Assembly: GCA_964658305.1 (NCBI GenBank)
Contig: OZ210885.1
Coordinates: forward strand, 13,826,001-13,890,000
Reading direction: 5' to 3'
DNA: 64,000 nt
Source: Leptogorgia sarmentosa
Taxonomy: Eukaryota
Shown: in pieces, positions 36,701 through 52,300 of the stretch
Numbering within the stretch: the first letter of the stretch is position 1
Layout: the number at the start of each line of letters is the position of its first letter
The notes under the pieces: generated by a model
Databases searched by the model: none
What the model saw: only the letters and a program-made list of their open reading frames with translations
Told to the model about the DNA's origin: nothing
Program-made: the position numbers and the translations under genes

Positions 36701-39700
36701 ATTCAATTTCGTCTAATAACCGTGATCGGCTAATTTGCGATCACATGACCCAAATTAAACGCAATGTTATTAATGTTTTCTCAAGTTTAATTAAAGACTT
36801 CATAATCTACGAGACGAGAAATAAGCAACAGGCAACAGAAAATGCTGTGGAAATCCTTTGGGAAGTGTTTAATTTCAAAATCGCTTACTCTGTATCAGTT
36901 TTCATCACAAAATACAATTGCTGTAGGAATTAATGTCTTTTGATTTTTTCATTCATTGTACAAAACTATGCCCTTCGCGAGCAGACATTGAGTGTATATT
37001 ATACAAATAATGAATGTTTATGAGTGCAATGGTAAGAATATTTTCATGAGGTGAAAGATGGAATGTTCTATTCAACGATATTCTTACCACGAATAAAAAC
37101 ATTCATTATTTGTTTTATATAATACCCATTGATAATACCAAAATAAGCTAATTGCTTTTCAAAAAAGGTTTATTGAAAAACTATAATAATTTCAAGGATG
37201 TTTTAAAGGATGAGAGTTACTGAAAACACAGAGTGCAATAGTAGGAATATCATTGCACTCTCCAGAGTGGAATATTACGTGTACTATTGCGCTCCATGTT
37301 TTCAACACGCTTTTCGCACAGTGATCGCATGCAGTTTATTTACACCGTTCATTATAGTTCTTTATAAAATAAGCTGTTCTTGAAAAGCAACGGCCTATTT
37401 TGTTATTATATAAAACAAATGTTATATCATTGGACTGATGGAATTTTCTTTTATGGTAAATATTCTTACCATCGCAATCATAAACATTCATTAGGTTTAT
37501 AATATTACACGTAAAAAATGTATTTATGGCCTACCGTTAATTTTTCGCTTTCTTCCTCCTTTTTCTTGTCGGCTTCAACTTGTGCCAAGGTAACACCTAA
37601 ACGAATAATTGTGATTCAAATATTTCAAATTTATCATCGATTATTTAAGAAATATAAAGCACATTACCAGCAGCAGGTGAGGCATTGCCTTCTTCTTTCA
37701 ATCTATCAGCTCGGTTGTGTAGGAACGCCTCGGGCGGAAGTAATGGTGCTTCTCCATCATGTTGTTCATCGCTGTCCACATCCATGTCGTCACCGGAAGA
37801 GGGCGCGTCTGTTGGCTTTCCTTCCAAGAACTCTACGAAATAAAGAATCATTTGTGTCCATTTTACACTCCAATCGTTGATGGGAGACTTGGTACAAGCG
37901 AAAAGTACTATACCGGTTCGGAATACAGTAGAACCCCTCTATCTCGAACACACTTTAGGGCCTCCACAGACGAGACGGTTAGTTGTCGACAACTATATGT
38001 TGTCGAAAACCTAAAAACATCGTCTGTGGAAAAAGTTGTCGACAACTAAATGTAAACATTTTTAGTTGTCGACAACTAACAGTTTCCCTTGCGAAAAAGG
38101 GAAACTTCTCAGTTGTCGACAACTAATTGTTATCAACAACGTCACGTCTGATAGGTTTTTATCGTCTGTGGAGGTGAATACTTAGTTGTCGACAACTAAT
38201 TGTCTCATCTGTGGAGGCCCTAACTCGAACTAAATCCACTTTCCCCATGATTTGATAGAACATTTTATAGTAATTTACTCCCGTTATCTCGAACTCGCTT
38301 AACTTGAATTCCTCGCTAATTCGAGCAAATTTCATTATTCCTTGATCAAACTTCTTCGACTAACTGGAACTTTAACCTCGAAACGAGGATTGCTAAGTTT
38401 TGAAGGAAACAACAGTTTAATGAACTTATACATGCAGTATGACTTCAAAAGACAATAGTTAACAATGGATTGACATTACAACTGAACTCAGGGATTCTTT
38501 CTTGTTTATATAATTAAAAGTGCCGTGGTGCAATGAACGAAATCTAACACAATCCTCGTTAACTCGAACCCCCGCACAGAGCAGGCGCTAGAAGGTTAAT
38601 AGGGGGGGGGGGCATGTTCATAATTTGGTATTATGCCGACTGATTTCTTTTGAAATAAATTCATAAACAACTGATTTCAAAAGAAATCAGTCAGCAGAGC
38701 GCCAAAATATGAATATGCACCCCCTCCCAATTAACCTGCTAGCGCCGGTCCCGCCCCCGCTAACTAGAACAATTTTTCGAATACCACATCCAGGAAAAAA
38801 AACTGAGGCTATTATAAAGTTGCTATGGTATGGTATTTGCTAAAACATATTACGCACACGTGGTACAAATGCAAGCTTTTGATTGGACAATGTAACTGTG
38901 AGATATAATATATCATGAAATAATTGTCCTTCCTTTATGGCTTGCTTCCGACTGTTCTGTTCGTGCTCTGGTTTGAAATGTGAAACATGTTCGCGTGCAA
39001 TTGCAAATCATCTCTACTGACGGATAGCAGACGTTCAAAGAAGGAAGTGTTCATTGTTCCCGCGACTATTTTACAACCACGAAAATAAAGTGATGGTATT
39101 TGCGATATACCAGCCACATGATCTCGTACTCGTGTTTCAGCCAATCAGCGCTCAGAAAGGGTTGCCCGAATAGAAATCCATTTTGCTATATTCACACGAT
39201 TATATCTTTCGTTATTCTGTACGAAACTACTTGGAAATTTGTAATTATGTTTGGTTATGAGAACTATAGCTCTGACAAAAATATGGAATCGAAATAAAGT
39301 ATATTATGAGAGATATTCAGTCGTTTCGGTCGAATAATGGATTTTTATATAACACTTTGTTAAATTAACGCGATTTAATTGGTTATTTACGATCACGTGA
39401 TATAAAATAGAAATTCCCATTTTCATGATCGTGCAATGGAACCGTGCAAATATTTCTTTCCATTGCACGGTGGTTTTAATTATTTTCAATCACTCAAAAT
39501 GTTATTATCGCACGCATTTAATGGAGAATCCATGAACGTGGCGCGACCATGTGAGCGATGGAATTTTATTTAGTAAACTAACAAAACAAAATGGCGGGTA
39601 TTTCGTGTCAATGATTTATTTTGGTGTCATATAAAACAAATAATGAATGTTTATTTCGTGCAATGGAAAGAATATTTTCATTCGGTGAAAGATGGAATGT

Positions 39701-40352
39701 TCCATTCAACTCGGCTTCACCTCGTTGAATAGAACATTCCATCTTTCACCTCATGAAAATATTCTTACCATTGCACTCATAAACATTCATTATTTGTATA
39801 CTATTTGACAGCTAGTCCCAGTCCTTTTCCGTGTATCGAGATCACCTGGAGGGGTTGAAAAAATGTTCCTCTTTCTGCGAACCTGGGACAAAGCCTCTAA
39901 AATTTCCGTGAAAATTGCAATGCTTACAAGTAACAAAATAACAAAAAAATGAATGTTAGTGCCTACAGTGTAAAAATGTAAATAAAGTAAAGAAACTAGA
40001 AATTGTAGAACAGTTGCAAATTAAGTAAACAGAATAACATGCAAAACTCTCAACCCGAAGAAATTTCTGGGAACAAGGTTCCCAGGTTCCGATATTTTTT
40101 CAAACCTTGCGATATATGACATTTTCAACATACCCTCCAAAAGTTTCTCAGCAAAGTCTCCTTCAGATTCATGATCACTTTCTTCCTCAATTTTCGCTTT
40201 CTTTGCCGGGACCTCTGAACGAGCTTCATCGTTTTTTACGTCTTCTTTGTCAGATCTTGGCAAAAATAGAGGGGAAATATATTGTCAGGCTAAACAGCAG
40301 GAATCGTTAGAATATTATTGGACCTGGAACTGGTCCCCAAACGCTGCTAATC

Positions 40353-40390
<38 letters not shown>

Positions 40391-43300
40391 AGGGGCTGAT
40401 GCCTCTTTGAAAAACCCTAAGGCTCCGTCAATTCGCAAGAGACCGCCGTGAACAGCGGCGTAGGAAGATTGATAATAAGGGGGGCTCATATTCATATATT
40501 CGTGTGCTGAACCATTAATTTCTGTTGAAATCCATTGTTTCTATGGTCTGTGAACACGAATGAATATGAATATGAGCCCCCTTATTATCCATCTTTCTAC
40601 GCCGCTGGCCGTGAAACTTCACACAGCGATTCTAAGGGATATTCCCCATCGACTGACGGAGTTAGATTTTTGATTTTTGATTTCGAAAGAAATTTAGAAG
40701 CGATTTTAAATTGTGCCGTACCGGCCCGTACTAATCGTCATTCACAATATTCAAAATTAGTTGCATAACCAAAGCAGATTAAAACCGCTAAGGTTCCGTT
40801 AATATCAAAATACCTTTTCGTATTTTCAGGTTCGTCACTGCCATTCAATTCACAGGCAGGAGGTTTTTCATGTTTATCAGGTGAGGTGGGAGCTGAAATG
40901 TCCAAATTCTCTGGGGTGGAAGGATATTCAGGCATTTCTTCAGGAACAGCGTTTGCTATTCTCTCTTCAGTCCAATAATCTAATATCTTTTGTCCTGAAA
41001 ATTACGAAAAATAATAGTAAAGACTCGAGTTCAATTAGTCTTTCTCACGCTAAGCGATCACTATCAGGTTTGAATCCGCCATTTTGGGATGACAAATTGT
41101 GTTGTGTATATTATTAGAACGAAATTTGACCGAAATTTACCGCATTTCAAGAAATGAGCGACTGTTATTACCGCACAGGGAACGGTTGTATAAAAACGTA
41201 CTTCGAGTTATCTATAGTTTATAGTGCGAACGATTACTAAGCAGAAACGCGTATTTCAGAGTTGACTATCATTTAACAGGGGCCGATTGCTCGTAGGCCG
41301 TTTAGCTTAAACGGAGGATAAGTCAAATTTAAATTACATTCCCATTCGTCTTGTGAATAACTGAAAACAAATTTTAAACCCTGAATATAAGTGTTCTTTT
41401 CAGATTGAAAGATTTTATTTTGATCGTTCAATAAATGACCTTGACATTGAATTTTGTTGAAAACAATTTTTCGAACATTTTCTCTCATATTTTGATTGGC
41501 TGAGCAAAGTCACACAGAGCGAACAAAGTTCTTTTCAAATTTTGGCGTCTTTTTGCTTGTGAATTTTTATGTACGTTATAATATTTGGTCGTCGACGTCT
41601 ACAGCGATTGTTCATTCAAAATGGCTTTAAAGCCGGTTTTCCACTAGCGACTTTTGTCGCGCGAAGCGAATATTTTCCATTGTCCTTGATCTTTCGACTG
41701 GAACCATCTCGAACTAATTGCATCAAGACAAAAGAAAAAAATCGATTCGCGCGACAAAAGTCGCTAGTGAAAAACCGGCTTAAGTTGGAGTTTTACAGCT
41801 ACTGCTTGTTTGCAATCACGTGACTTTTTGCCCAAATGACGGGCAATTGAACAACTTGTACTGAGTTGTACATGATTTTTCTCAGTATTCAAGTGCTTGT
41901 ATAGCAAGATAAAATGACGTTAACACATCTATCTAAGACTTAAAATGTCTCTAAATCTTAAAATGTCTCCAATGGATCGATTTTCGTCCTACTCGCCCGT
42001 CAACTCAAATTCCAAATTTACGCCATTGCAAACAACCTATTTTTAAACACGATATAATAAGTGTGAAGCAGGAAAGTCAAAGAATATAACGTATAAACAC
42101 GGAAACTCGTGTGTTATGAAAATATAGCAAAGTGGTAGCCTTATTCACTATCGAGGTGACTTCAGTTTACCCAGCGCCGGATTAACCCATCATTGGGCCG
42201 GGGACAAACAAAAGTAAAGGGCCGTAATTTGGTGAATATGAAAAAACATGAAACATATATGTAATCAAATTGAAAGTCTTGTCCATTATATCGTCAAGAA
42301 CTATAATATGCATGAACATAGGGAATAGCATTTTAACGTGAAAGTGGCATTTACCAGCTACTTCGACATTAACTTAAGTGAGTCTAGTATTTCTTGTTCA
42401 ATGCTAAGCATAAGCGTAAGGGCCCGAATTTGAGGGTAGCGAATGTCACGAGGCGCCACCATGGTTGGCGCCGAGCGAGAAATTTTTGAACTTTTACAAC
42501 CTCTGGATTGCCGGAAACGACGATTTCAGAGTCCTAACTCCACTTTCTTGGTACGCTCGTTCAGGTGAACGACTGGAGTATTGTTGACATTACCTTATTC
42601 CTCAGATTTTTGCCCGAATTATCTCAAAGTCAGTACCCGAATTTTGAAGTTTGCAATCTTATCGTTGAAGTTTGCAATCTTATCGTTGTCTATAGACGCA
42701 GATAATTCTTGAGTAATTTAGGACTCTAGAACTTCCTGGCTTTCAATTGACCAATTTTTAATCAAAATTTATGTTTTTTCGAAACCCCACACAATTTTTT
42801 ATACATTGTTTTTCTTGGGCCGGTAAACAAGCTTTTGAGCTGGGGCCGGGGGCAAATGCCACCATTGCCCCCTAGATAATCCGGCACTGAGTTTACCTCA
42901 AGACTACAAACGTCGACGGTGAGTGTTCACTTTTTGTCCGTTGTACTAAAGACACTTCCCCTTTCTGTCACAACTCTCATGAGACCGTTTAACTTTATCC
43001 ACCGTTTAGCCAAAATTGAACCAGTGGACAGCGCTAAACGGGCTTCGTACAACGTAATTTCTCAATCGTTTAAATTTTATCCGGCGGATGGCGAGTTAAA
43101 CGGTGTATAGCGACTTAAACGCCTTTCGTAGAACCGGCCCCAACTTATTGAAAAAATATAATTATAAACGGTGTAAATAAACTGCGATCGCTGCGAAAAG
43201 CATGTCGAAAACGTAGAGTGAAATAGTATTCGTACTATTGCACTCCTGGAAAATGGAACTTTCTATTCAATATCACGTGACCATAATTACCCAATCAAAC

Positions 43301-46300
43301 GGCCTGAATGTAACAAAGTGTTATATAAAAACAACTAATGAATGTTTATTTCGTGAAATGGAAAGAATATTTTCATGAGGTGAAAGATGGAATGTTCCAT
43401 TCAACTCGGCTTCGCCTGGTTGAATAGAACATTCCATCTTTCACCTCATGAAAATATTCTTACCATTGCACACATGAACATTCATTATTTGTATATTATG
43501 ACAATTTGTTAAATTTGGTATTCGAAATACCCGCCATTTTCTTTTGTTAGTTTACTAAATAAAATTCCATCGCTCACATGGTCGCGCCACGTTCATGGAT
43601 TCGCCATTAAATGCGTGCGATAATAACATTTTGATAAATTGCACGATCATGAAAATGGAATTTCTATTTTATATCACGTGATCGTAAATAACCAATTACC
43701 TAAATCGCGTTAATTTAACAAAGTGTTATATAATCATCGATAATCAGCGAGATTTCACTAATTGTAAAATAAATGTATGACACATCTGAGACACTGCACA
43801 CACTTACTGTGTTTCTCACTTTCACTGGAATCATCTTGCTTCACCTCCGACTCAAACATATCAATCTCTGCGACACGTTCACGTTTACGACATATGCTTG
43901 ACGACTTTGTCTTTTCAGATTCCTCACTTGATTCCACTTCACCTAATTCCTTTTCCTCCTGTTCCGAATATTCACCAACTAAATTACCAGATGACGAACT
44001 GGTGCTCTCTTTTGCCAGCTCGTCTGGTGTAATAACTTCATCAGAGGAAGTGAATTTTGCTGGTCCATCTATGGGTAATACTCCCGTTTCGTCATCGCCC
44101 GCATAGCTTGATATCGCTTTCGCCTCACAAGCTTCTTCAGTTCCACGTTTAGGTTCAGTACTGGCCTTTTTGTCACTTGAAGATGATTGGTTTTCTATTA
44201 AGTTCGTGCTATCTGTTTGATTCTGTGCTAAAGTACTTTGCTCTGTCTTTTCAACTTCGGCTTGATGTGGTTGCGAGGAGTCAAAAACCTGAGGTAACTC
44301 CCATGACACTTCGTTAGTCAGCGTATTCCAGTAGTATATGTAGTTTGTGCTTGGATCGCACACCTGTTGCCATGGTTCTGGTAAAACGTAGCCTGCATAT
44401 ATAAAGAAATACATTTAGTTTCAACATAATACAGGGTCATCGAGAGTGTGTGTTTCGTCAAGTTACAGTATTATTCAATTTATTATTTACTCAATTTTGA
44501 TTGGTTAATGTGCAAATAACTGCGCGCAAATAATATTCTGAGCATGCGCATTTGTTAAAAACATATTTTACAACATATGATATCGCAATAACGCAATTCA
44601 AGTTATTGCGTCTTTAAAATAGAGACAGCGCTTTGCGATTGGTTGTGAAAAATTGGCTTTCTAAAAACCAAATTTACCCTTTTCAAAACCATATTATAAT
44701 AATATATTATATACACTATGTTCTGTCCATTCATGCAGCATTTGCCTGGACGCTGAAGTGTATGATCGGTATGTGTGTAGGTTCAAAACAGAATACTTGA
44801 AATTATTTCGTTTGTTTTGTCTCGCGCTTAATAAACGCACAAACCAATTTTATTACAAGCTACAAAATCTATTTTCCAGGGATTTAAATGTTTCTACCAT
44901 TCTGTATGGCAAAGCGTCAAATATAGTAGATATTCCGTGATCACAATGACACCGCGGGTCCGCGTGCTATCCAAACATGTACAAATGTGTCAGTACCGAC
45001 ACGCTAAACTGTCGTAGGGAAAATATACGCGCAAATTTGTCAAGACATAAACCTCTTTCATAACCTTAAATATTCGCTGCGTTTAAGGTAATACAATGCA
45101 TAATTTTCATCATGATATTTTTGCTTTGATGATCTAAATTCCATAGCAAACCTTTTTAATATCTTTAAAAGCAATGCCAATGTACAATTTGCGCCATGAT
45201 ATTTTTGCGTATAAATTTTCTTAATAAATAGTGTTATGAACGGCGTAAACGCGTATAAATTAAGCTATATTTCTGTCAAAATACTCGTCGCTACGGTCAT
45301 TATATTTTCTTCTTATCTGGCTGCATGCGAAATAAAATCCACGATCAAACACATCACCACTCTTTAGCTCGCGCCTATATCAGCTGCCATTTTGTAATCA
45401 TTGCCAGAAATCGTCACCACGCGAATTAATTATACTCGCCCCAGGCTACTTCAGTGCGCGCGATATATAACAAAAATAATAGGAAAACATATACAAGGCA
45501 ACATTTATTCTTAAAATACAGATTTTCTAGCACAGTTTAACTCGTGACGTATGCGATTTACTGTGGCGTGTTTCGCAAGTGTGCGTTATTCTAACGTTCT
45601 TTCGAAGGACTAATTTCCAAGCTTCTGTAAAGCGATTTCTAAACGGGGTTTTCATCTACTACTTCGTGGGATTATACTTGTATTATAGTTATATTATACT
45701 GATCATGAATACGGCGAGTTTCAAATGCAAGGCATCAACGTAGACGCATGCACGGATCGTGCGTGCCTATTTTTATACCAGAAAGTGGCAGAAACGCGAG
45801 ACCGCGGCTAATATAAACCGTATTAATTTAATAAAATATGTCAATTTAATTTCCAAATTTAAACGAAATAATAGCGCTATGGAAACATGTGAACCTCAGG
45901 CGATTAAATTCAAAATATTATCTGTATTCTCAAAGACTGTTTACATTGATAATGTTTAAATCGATGTTTACTTTTTTAAATCCAAAGTTACGCATTTGAT
46001 AACATAATGGCAATAGCCAGAATCGCATTCGATTTATTACCAAAATTCAGACGATGATAATTTGGAAAGTATTTGATGTAAACGTTCGCCTAATACATCA
46101 AATTAAAGCTTGTAAGCAGTAAAACTGAGATCTCGAAGCTCGGAGATCGAATTCAACAAGACTCGAGCATATTTAATGCCTAAGGACGCTGCCTGTAGAA
46201 CTTTGGCACATCTTTCATCGAACTCAAGCTGAATACGATCAGCGGACTTCACCTTCTGGGTATTTGAAAGCGCTAGACCGTACTAACTGGAATCACTGCT

Positions 46301-49300
46301 GACCGTTAACAGCGGGCGCCGGGGTTACGATTTCTGGCAATGATTTAGCCCGCAAGAACTTGCTTTGCCCTAGTGTTTAACATTTCCACACAAACACAAA
46401 CACACACTCACGGATCCGATAGCAATATATCTGCGTCACTGCGTGCGCAGATACAAAAATGTAGCCTGACCTTGCATATTTTGATCAACTGTACTCGTAT
46501 CAGCTTGGTCATCCAAAGTTAGGTCTGTGGCTTGATTTGTTGTCTCAGTGAATTCTGTAGAGTTAGAATCTTCTGTGCCAATCGCTTCAATCTCCTAAAT
46601 TGTCAAAAACAAGAAAAACAACGAATTATGAATATTTCGCACATGACATGTATAATGTATTGACATTATTTTATTAGTCAAAAAAAAAATAATCATAGCT
46701 TATCTTTGGCTAACTCTAACAGCCCGTAATGTATAACGTAAATGTATAACGTAATCGTAATGTATAACGTAAATGTATGACGTAATCGTAATGTATAACG
46801 ATTGATGTCACAACGTGCATGTGATTCGTCTTTTTTCATTCACGTTCTGACGTCACAGCAGGGATGGTTCCATGCATCAAGTTCTGGCAGGGGGGTGGTA
46901 CGGGGCCGAGTTGTTTGACATGACATCGGCCGAGTTGTGTGACATAACAACGGGTTGGTCATGGCGTCTTCTACACTGCCCACCCCAATAGAGGCTGTAT
47001 ACTTGAATTATATTGTTCACGATTTAGTTGTTGTATCATCATGTTATTGCTCTAATATCATTGTTGTCAATTTCCTGGACGGTGATTGGCTAAAAAGCTT
47101 CAACAACTGTGCAAATGAAACTTAATTGCACGGTTTCGAGCCCGCGATACATTATAAAAACAAATAAATAAATGCTTATCAACGTTCAAATTCTTGGTTT
47201 TTTTGTCATTTATGGTCAACTTTAGACAAAAAAGTTTAGTGAAAGTGTACTACAATAATATTAATACGAAATTTGCCAAACACGCGTGCAATTTTTCATT
47301 AATACTTCTCATTTCCTATACGAATTACTGTATCTCATTTTCTTTCAAATATCTTTTTGCTTAATCATGCAAAATAGCAGTCCCTCTGGCCAAAGCTATG
47401 GGGAGGGGTGCGCACGACCCCCAGTAAATCCACCCCTGCGTCCCAGAACAACAAGCTAACCTCATGCACATAATGACATCACACCGGTAAGCCATTTCTC
47501 AATCAATAACAAAACAATTATTAAATTCAGTTTTCAAAAGAAGCTTCAGTTTTCAGGCTAGTCCTGGGTTAGAATTTTATCCAGCGTTTTAGTTTGTGTA
47601 TTTCTGTACATCTGTTTACTTGGTAACTTCAAAGAAGAAAAATAGGCACGCACGATGGGTGCATGCGTCTACGTTGATGCCTTGCATTTGAAATTCGCCG
47701 TATTCATGATCAGTATAATACAAATATAATACAAGTATAATCCCACGAAATAGTAAATGAAAACCCCGTTTAGAAATCGCTTCACAGAAGCTTGGAAATT
47801 AGTCCTTCGAACGAACGTTAGAACAACGCACACTTGCGAAACACGCCACAGTAAATCGCATACGTCACGAGTTAATTTGCCGAAAGTTCGATACATCATC
47901 GGCAAAGATAACAACGTTTGAGTGTTAGTGTTTACCTTGAAAGCTCGTGACGTCAAAATACGTCATATTCGTTGTTGAAACACAGCCAGCCAGAAATTTT
48001 ACGCTTACATAGCCTCTACGTTACTTAGCAACGTAGACGCAAAAACTCTTAAAGTGCAGATGAAATGATTTTTTTTACCTCTCCCCTTGAAATTATTAAA
48101 ATTCAATAATACCATGATATACAGTAGCTTATCAATTTCAACGGCGTCAAAAACGTGCGTTCGGTTTTTTTATTGCGTTTAAATTTCAGCAATGGAGCTG
48201 CTAATATTTTCGGACATTTTGTACGCCACCCGATCCACTTTTGTGACGTCATTAGTTGCACAACATGTGCGGGATATATGAAAAACATGGAGTCGTAAGA
48301 AGCAGAAACGTGTGTGTGGAAAATATTGTGACGTTCAAATTGCTAAGCTACAGTATATCATCAGGTAATATTGAATTTTAATAATTTCAAGTAGAGAAGG
48401 TAAAAAAAAATCATGTCGTGTGCACTTGAATGATCTAGATCAGACAAGATTTCTGAAGAAACATTTCTAAATTCATACATGGCTAGAAATATGCGACATT
48501 TGCGCCGACAAACACGCTACAATGGTGTCAGCGAATTTCGGTTGGGACATGCACAGTAACATTTATCGCGCGTATTTTTGGCAAAATAATTATATACGGC
48601 ATAATACCGCTAGTAAATTATAAATTTTGTGTGCGGCAAGCTCTGCATTTCAGCGGAATTTAGCTGCACTGGACATGCGCCAGAGTACTCGAAAGCATTT
48701 GAACTAAAACAACAAGATGACGAGCTTCAAAACAATAGTTTTGGCAGCGAAATCGTCCAAAATCTCGCCGAGTTATGGATATTTCAAGTATAAAGCGAAG
48801 CATTTTGCCGAACATAAACGTAAAGCTGGACAAGGGAAAGATACATAACCTTTTATAGGTTTTATATTAGTTGAAGCCGCCGAAACCCCATCTTGACAAA
48901 TCAAGCTTCGCATGTTGGAATTTGTATTTCATGTATTATACTTCGCATGTAAGAAAACATACTATTTTGCGTTGCTGCATACTATAAATTTACGAGCATT
49001 TTGAAAGTCCGAATGCCAATTGCGTAATACTGCATGTCGCTTATTTCTAGCCATGAACCAAATTGTTGGTGAATTTGCTTTGAATATTAAGTTTATCCAG
49101 GGTTAAAATAACCGACTTTTGAACAACTGGCCCCTGAAGAATAATGATCAATCCTAACTTTGTCGTTAACGACCTCAGCCACCGGTTCAAACTTCATCTT
49201 GATGATAGTAGATGCATGCAGATACACGCAAAATTGGCTTTTTGCAAAAAAATGGAGATGATTTCTCAGCTTGCTTTGTATGCAAATACTAAAAAGTTGC

Positions 49301-52300
49301 GCGCAATATATATCTATATATCTATACACATACTTTGAAGAAATCGCTTAGTTTGTTGTCAATCTGAACTTCTTCAATAGGCTTTATCGTTTCTTGTTCG
49401 TTCATATTCCGCTCGTCACTGGACGAACCCTTGCGTTCTAAAAAAATGCAAATGTCATACAGAACGAGGTTTGTACAAATGTAATTATTGTAGTATATAG
49501 AGGGTGGTAACGGTGGGGGGAGGGGGGGCTATATGCATCACGTTTCACAGATGAAAAAAACAGCCATTTCGCGATTCACGTGCCTTAAAAATGCGATTTC
49601 ACGTTTCACGGAAAAATTGGGTTACAACAACAATAATAAATCATAACACGTTTATTTATTTTATCGTTAGCACAACGAGAGTATAATTCAAAGCATTGGT
49701 CTGGCTGATGTCAAATCAAAATAGCCAAAATAAGCTACAGTAAGTAGACAAAATCGGAATTCACGGCGAAGACAGCAAAATTCTCGTTTCACGGAGCATT
49801 TTTATCGACAATCACGTGTCACGGCGGCAATTCAAATCACGTTTCACGACGGAAAATTTAGTCATTTCACATTATTTTTCACGACAGCAATTAATGGCCA
49901 TTCACGCCTCGCGAAAATACCTTTTACTACTCTCTATATAGGTTATTACGAAATCAACAAATGGAAGTGAGGATTGCGATAGTGCTAATTGACTGTATGT
50001 CCCCAAAACAACGTATTCTTTATATTGCGCTGGAGGAGGGGACCCAGAAAGTCACCAGTGGTTGCGTTAAGCTGATGTTACACTTGCAACTTTGACTGCG
50101 ATTTTTAGTGCGATTTTCTTCTTTTGACGGATGTGAATGAGTGGATTAATAATGAATGTGCTTAGTGGACTTCTCTTCATACATTATTTTGTAACTCGTT
50201 CACTCATTCACATCCGTCAAAAGGAGAAAATCGCACTAGACGTCTAGAAATCGCAGTGAAAGTTGCAAGTGTAAACGGGCCTTTAAGACGATGTTACACT
50301 GGACGAAAACTGTTTCTTTCAAAGATACTTCTCGCTGCCGAATTACGCGTGTGATTGGTTAAACATGCAGGTAGACCTAACGCATCTGATTGGTTCGCGC
50401 TCCCTCAGTGGTAGCAGGAGGGGTAGGGGAAGTCAAATCGAGGCGTATATTATTCGCCAGCTACACTGGTCGCAGTTTGAAGAAATCGTAACGAACCTTT
50501 CCCTTTTAGAAGTTGAAAAGAACATCATAAATTTAGGCCCTGTCCACACGTATCGGGATACTTTTGAAAACGGAGACTTTTCCCTCCGTTTATGAAAAAA
50601 TTCGCCGCGTCCACACGTAGCGTATTCGAATCGTTTACACGGAGGAAATTTGATAGCGCTCGGTGTAGAGCATGCGCATTGCTCAAATTGCTCAATAATA
50701 TGAGATGTTTAGGCGATCACAGGTCTGATTTTACGTCATCGTTTTCGAAAGCCTCCGTTTTCGCTCGTCCACACGTAAACGCTAAAGCATCGTTTTCGAA
50801 AGTCTTCACTCTGGAGTGCGTTTTCGAAAGCCTCCGGTTTCGGTTGCCGAAAACGCCGGATACGTGTGGACGCAACGCCAAAACGGAGGGAAAAGCCTCC
50901 ATTTTCAAAAGTATCCGGATACGTGTGGACGGGGCCTTAGTAAAATTGTGAAGTGTGGTTGGCCACAAAATATTGTAAATTTTGTGAAATGCAGTGTGTA
51001 ATTCGAAGGTTGCTACGTAATTTTGTATACTTTTGTCACAACCACAATCTGATTAGCTATCCCCTTGCCGAGCGTAATACAGAAGTATACAAAATTATTA
51101 AATTGTAAAAGAAATTTTCTTAAATAGTCCAATCTTATTGCATAGTTTAGGCACTTACACCTATGTAGCAGAACTTTTTATACAATTTACCCTATGTTAA
51201 CGATGTTGTGATGTACTGGTACTCAGGTGCAGAATGATATTGTCATGTTACTCTACTACTAATTCTTCAGCCTGCCTGGTGTGGATAAATACTCAGAGTA
51301 ACATCACAATAACAGAAACTTGCAGATATCGAAGGAACTAGTGAGTTCCGAAATATCACACATTCGAACCGACTTGACCTGGGAGCTCAGTTGGTAGAGC
51401 ATTGGAATAGCAAACCAAAGGTCGCGGGTTCGATTCCCACCGCGCCCAGGCTAATTTTTCAGACTGCACGGTGTGGATATATACTCAGAGAAACATCACT
51501 ATAACAATTTAACCTAGTATATTGTTTTGTAGCCGAACTTCACAATTTAACTAATTTATGCCGGATGCCCTTTCCAGCTGTGGTGACATTGAGTGCAATT
51601 TTAAACCATTCTGACAGCACTGTCACAGTTAGAAAAAACCTGCCCAAGGGTTAAAACAAGAAGAATTTGGATTAGATCATGTTACCTTCATCATCGCTAT
51701 CTTCAGCATACTGTCCAAGTAATCCAATCCCTAAAGAAATGTCGATACAGTATATTATTATATGGCAAGCATAATTTGTGTTGGTGAATGCTGCAATCTG
51801 ATTGGCTGCGGACGGGGCTGGTTTTTCCTGTATTGCCCACGAGTAGTACACAATTTTTATTGCCCTGTCAGGAAAACAAAGGGAAATCTAAATGTATGTA
51901 TGTATTAATTACCTGAAATGCTAGTTGGATTTATTTCTCTTTTTCTTGATATCAATTGGGTACCTTGAAACAAAGAAGTACCATGACTAGCATCACAATC
52001 ATCAAATATATTTTCAATTATTATATACAAAAGTCCTGGATATGAGCTATTCTGCAATCTGATTGGTTCTCTACTAGTAGGATATTAGCTCATATCTGTC
52101 TAGTACAGAAATGTAAATAAAATGGCTGAAAGAGCGAAGCCGGAATTGAAGTTGTCATCAGTTACAAATGTCTTTGCAACCAATTAAAAGAATAAAATTC
52201 AAGAAGTTTAGTTGTAAATGTTAATTATGCAGTTTTGAATTGAATCTGGAAAATCAGTCGACTCGATACTGTAAAATTCATCGCGTGATTGAGTTGGATC

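Noticed and set aside
37979..38200. CRISPR array
   Set aside because: Irregular spacing, bounded by MITE TIRs, eukaryotic context
45538..47874. Single Pack-type transposon that captured an FNBP4 exon
   Set aside because: No TSD, and the right copy extends into a longer element (to about 48040); better explained as two independent insertions
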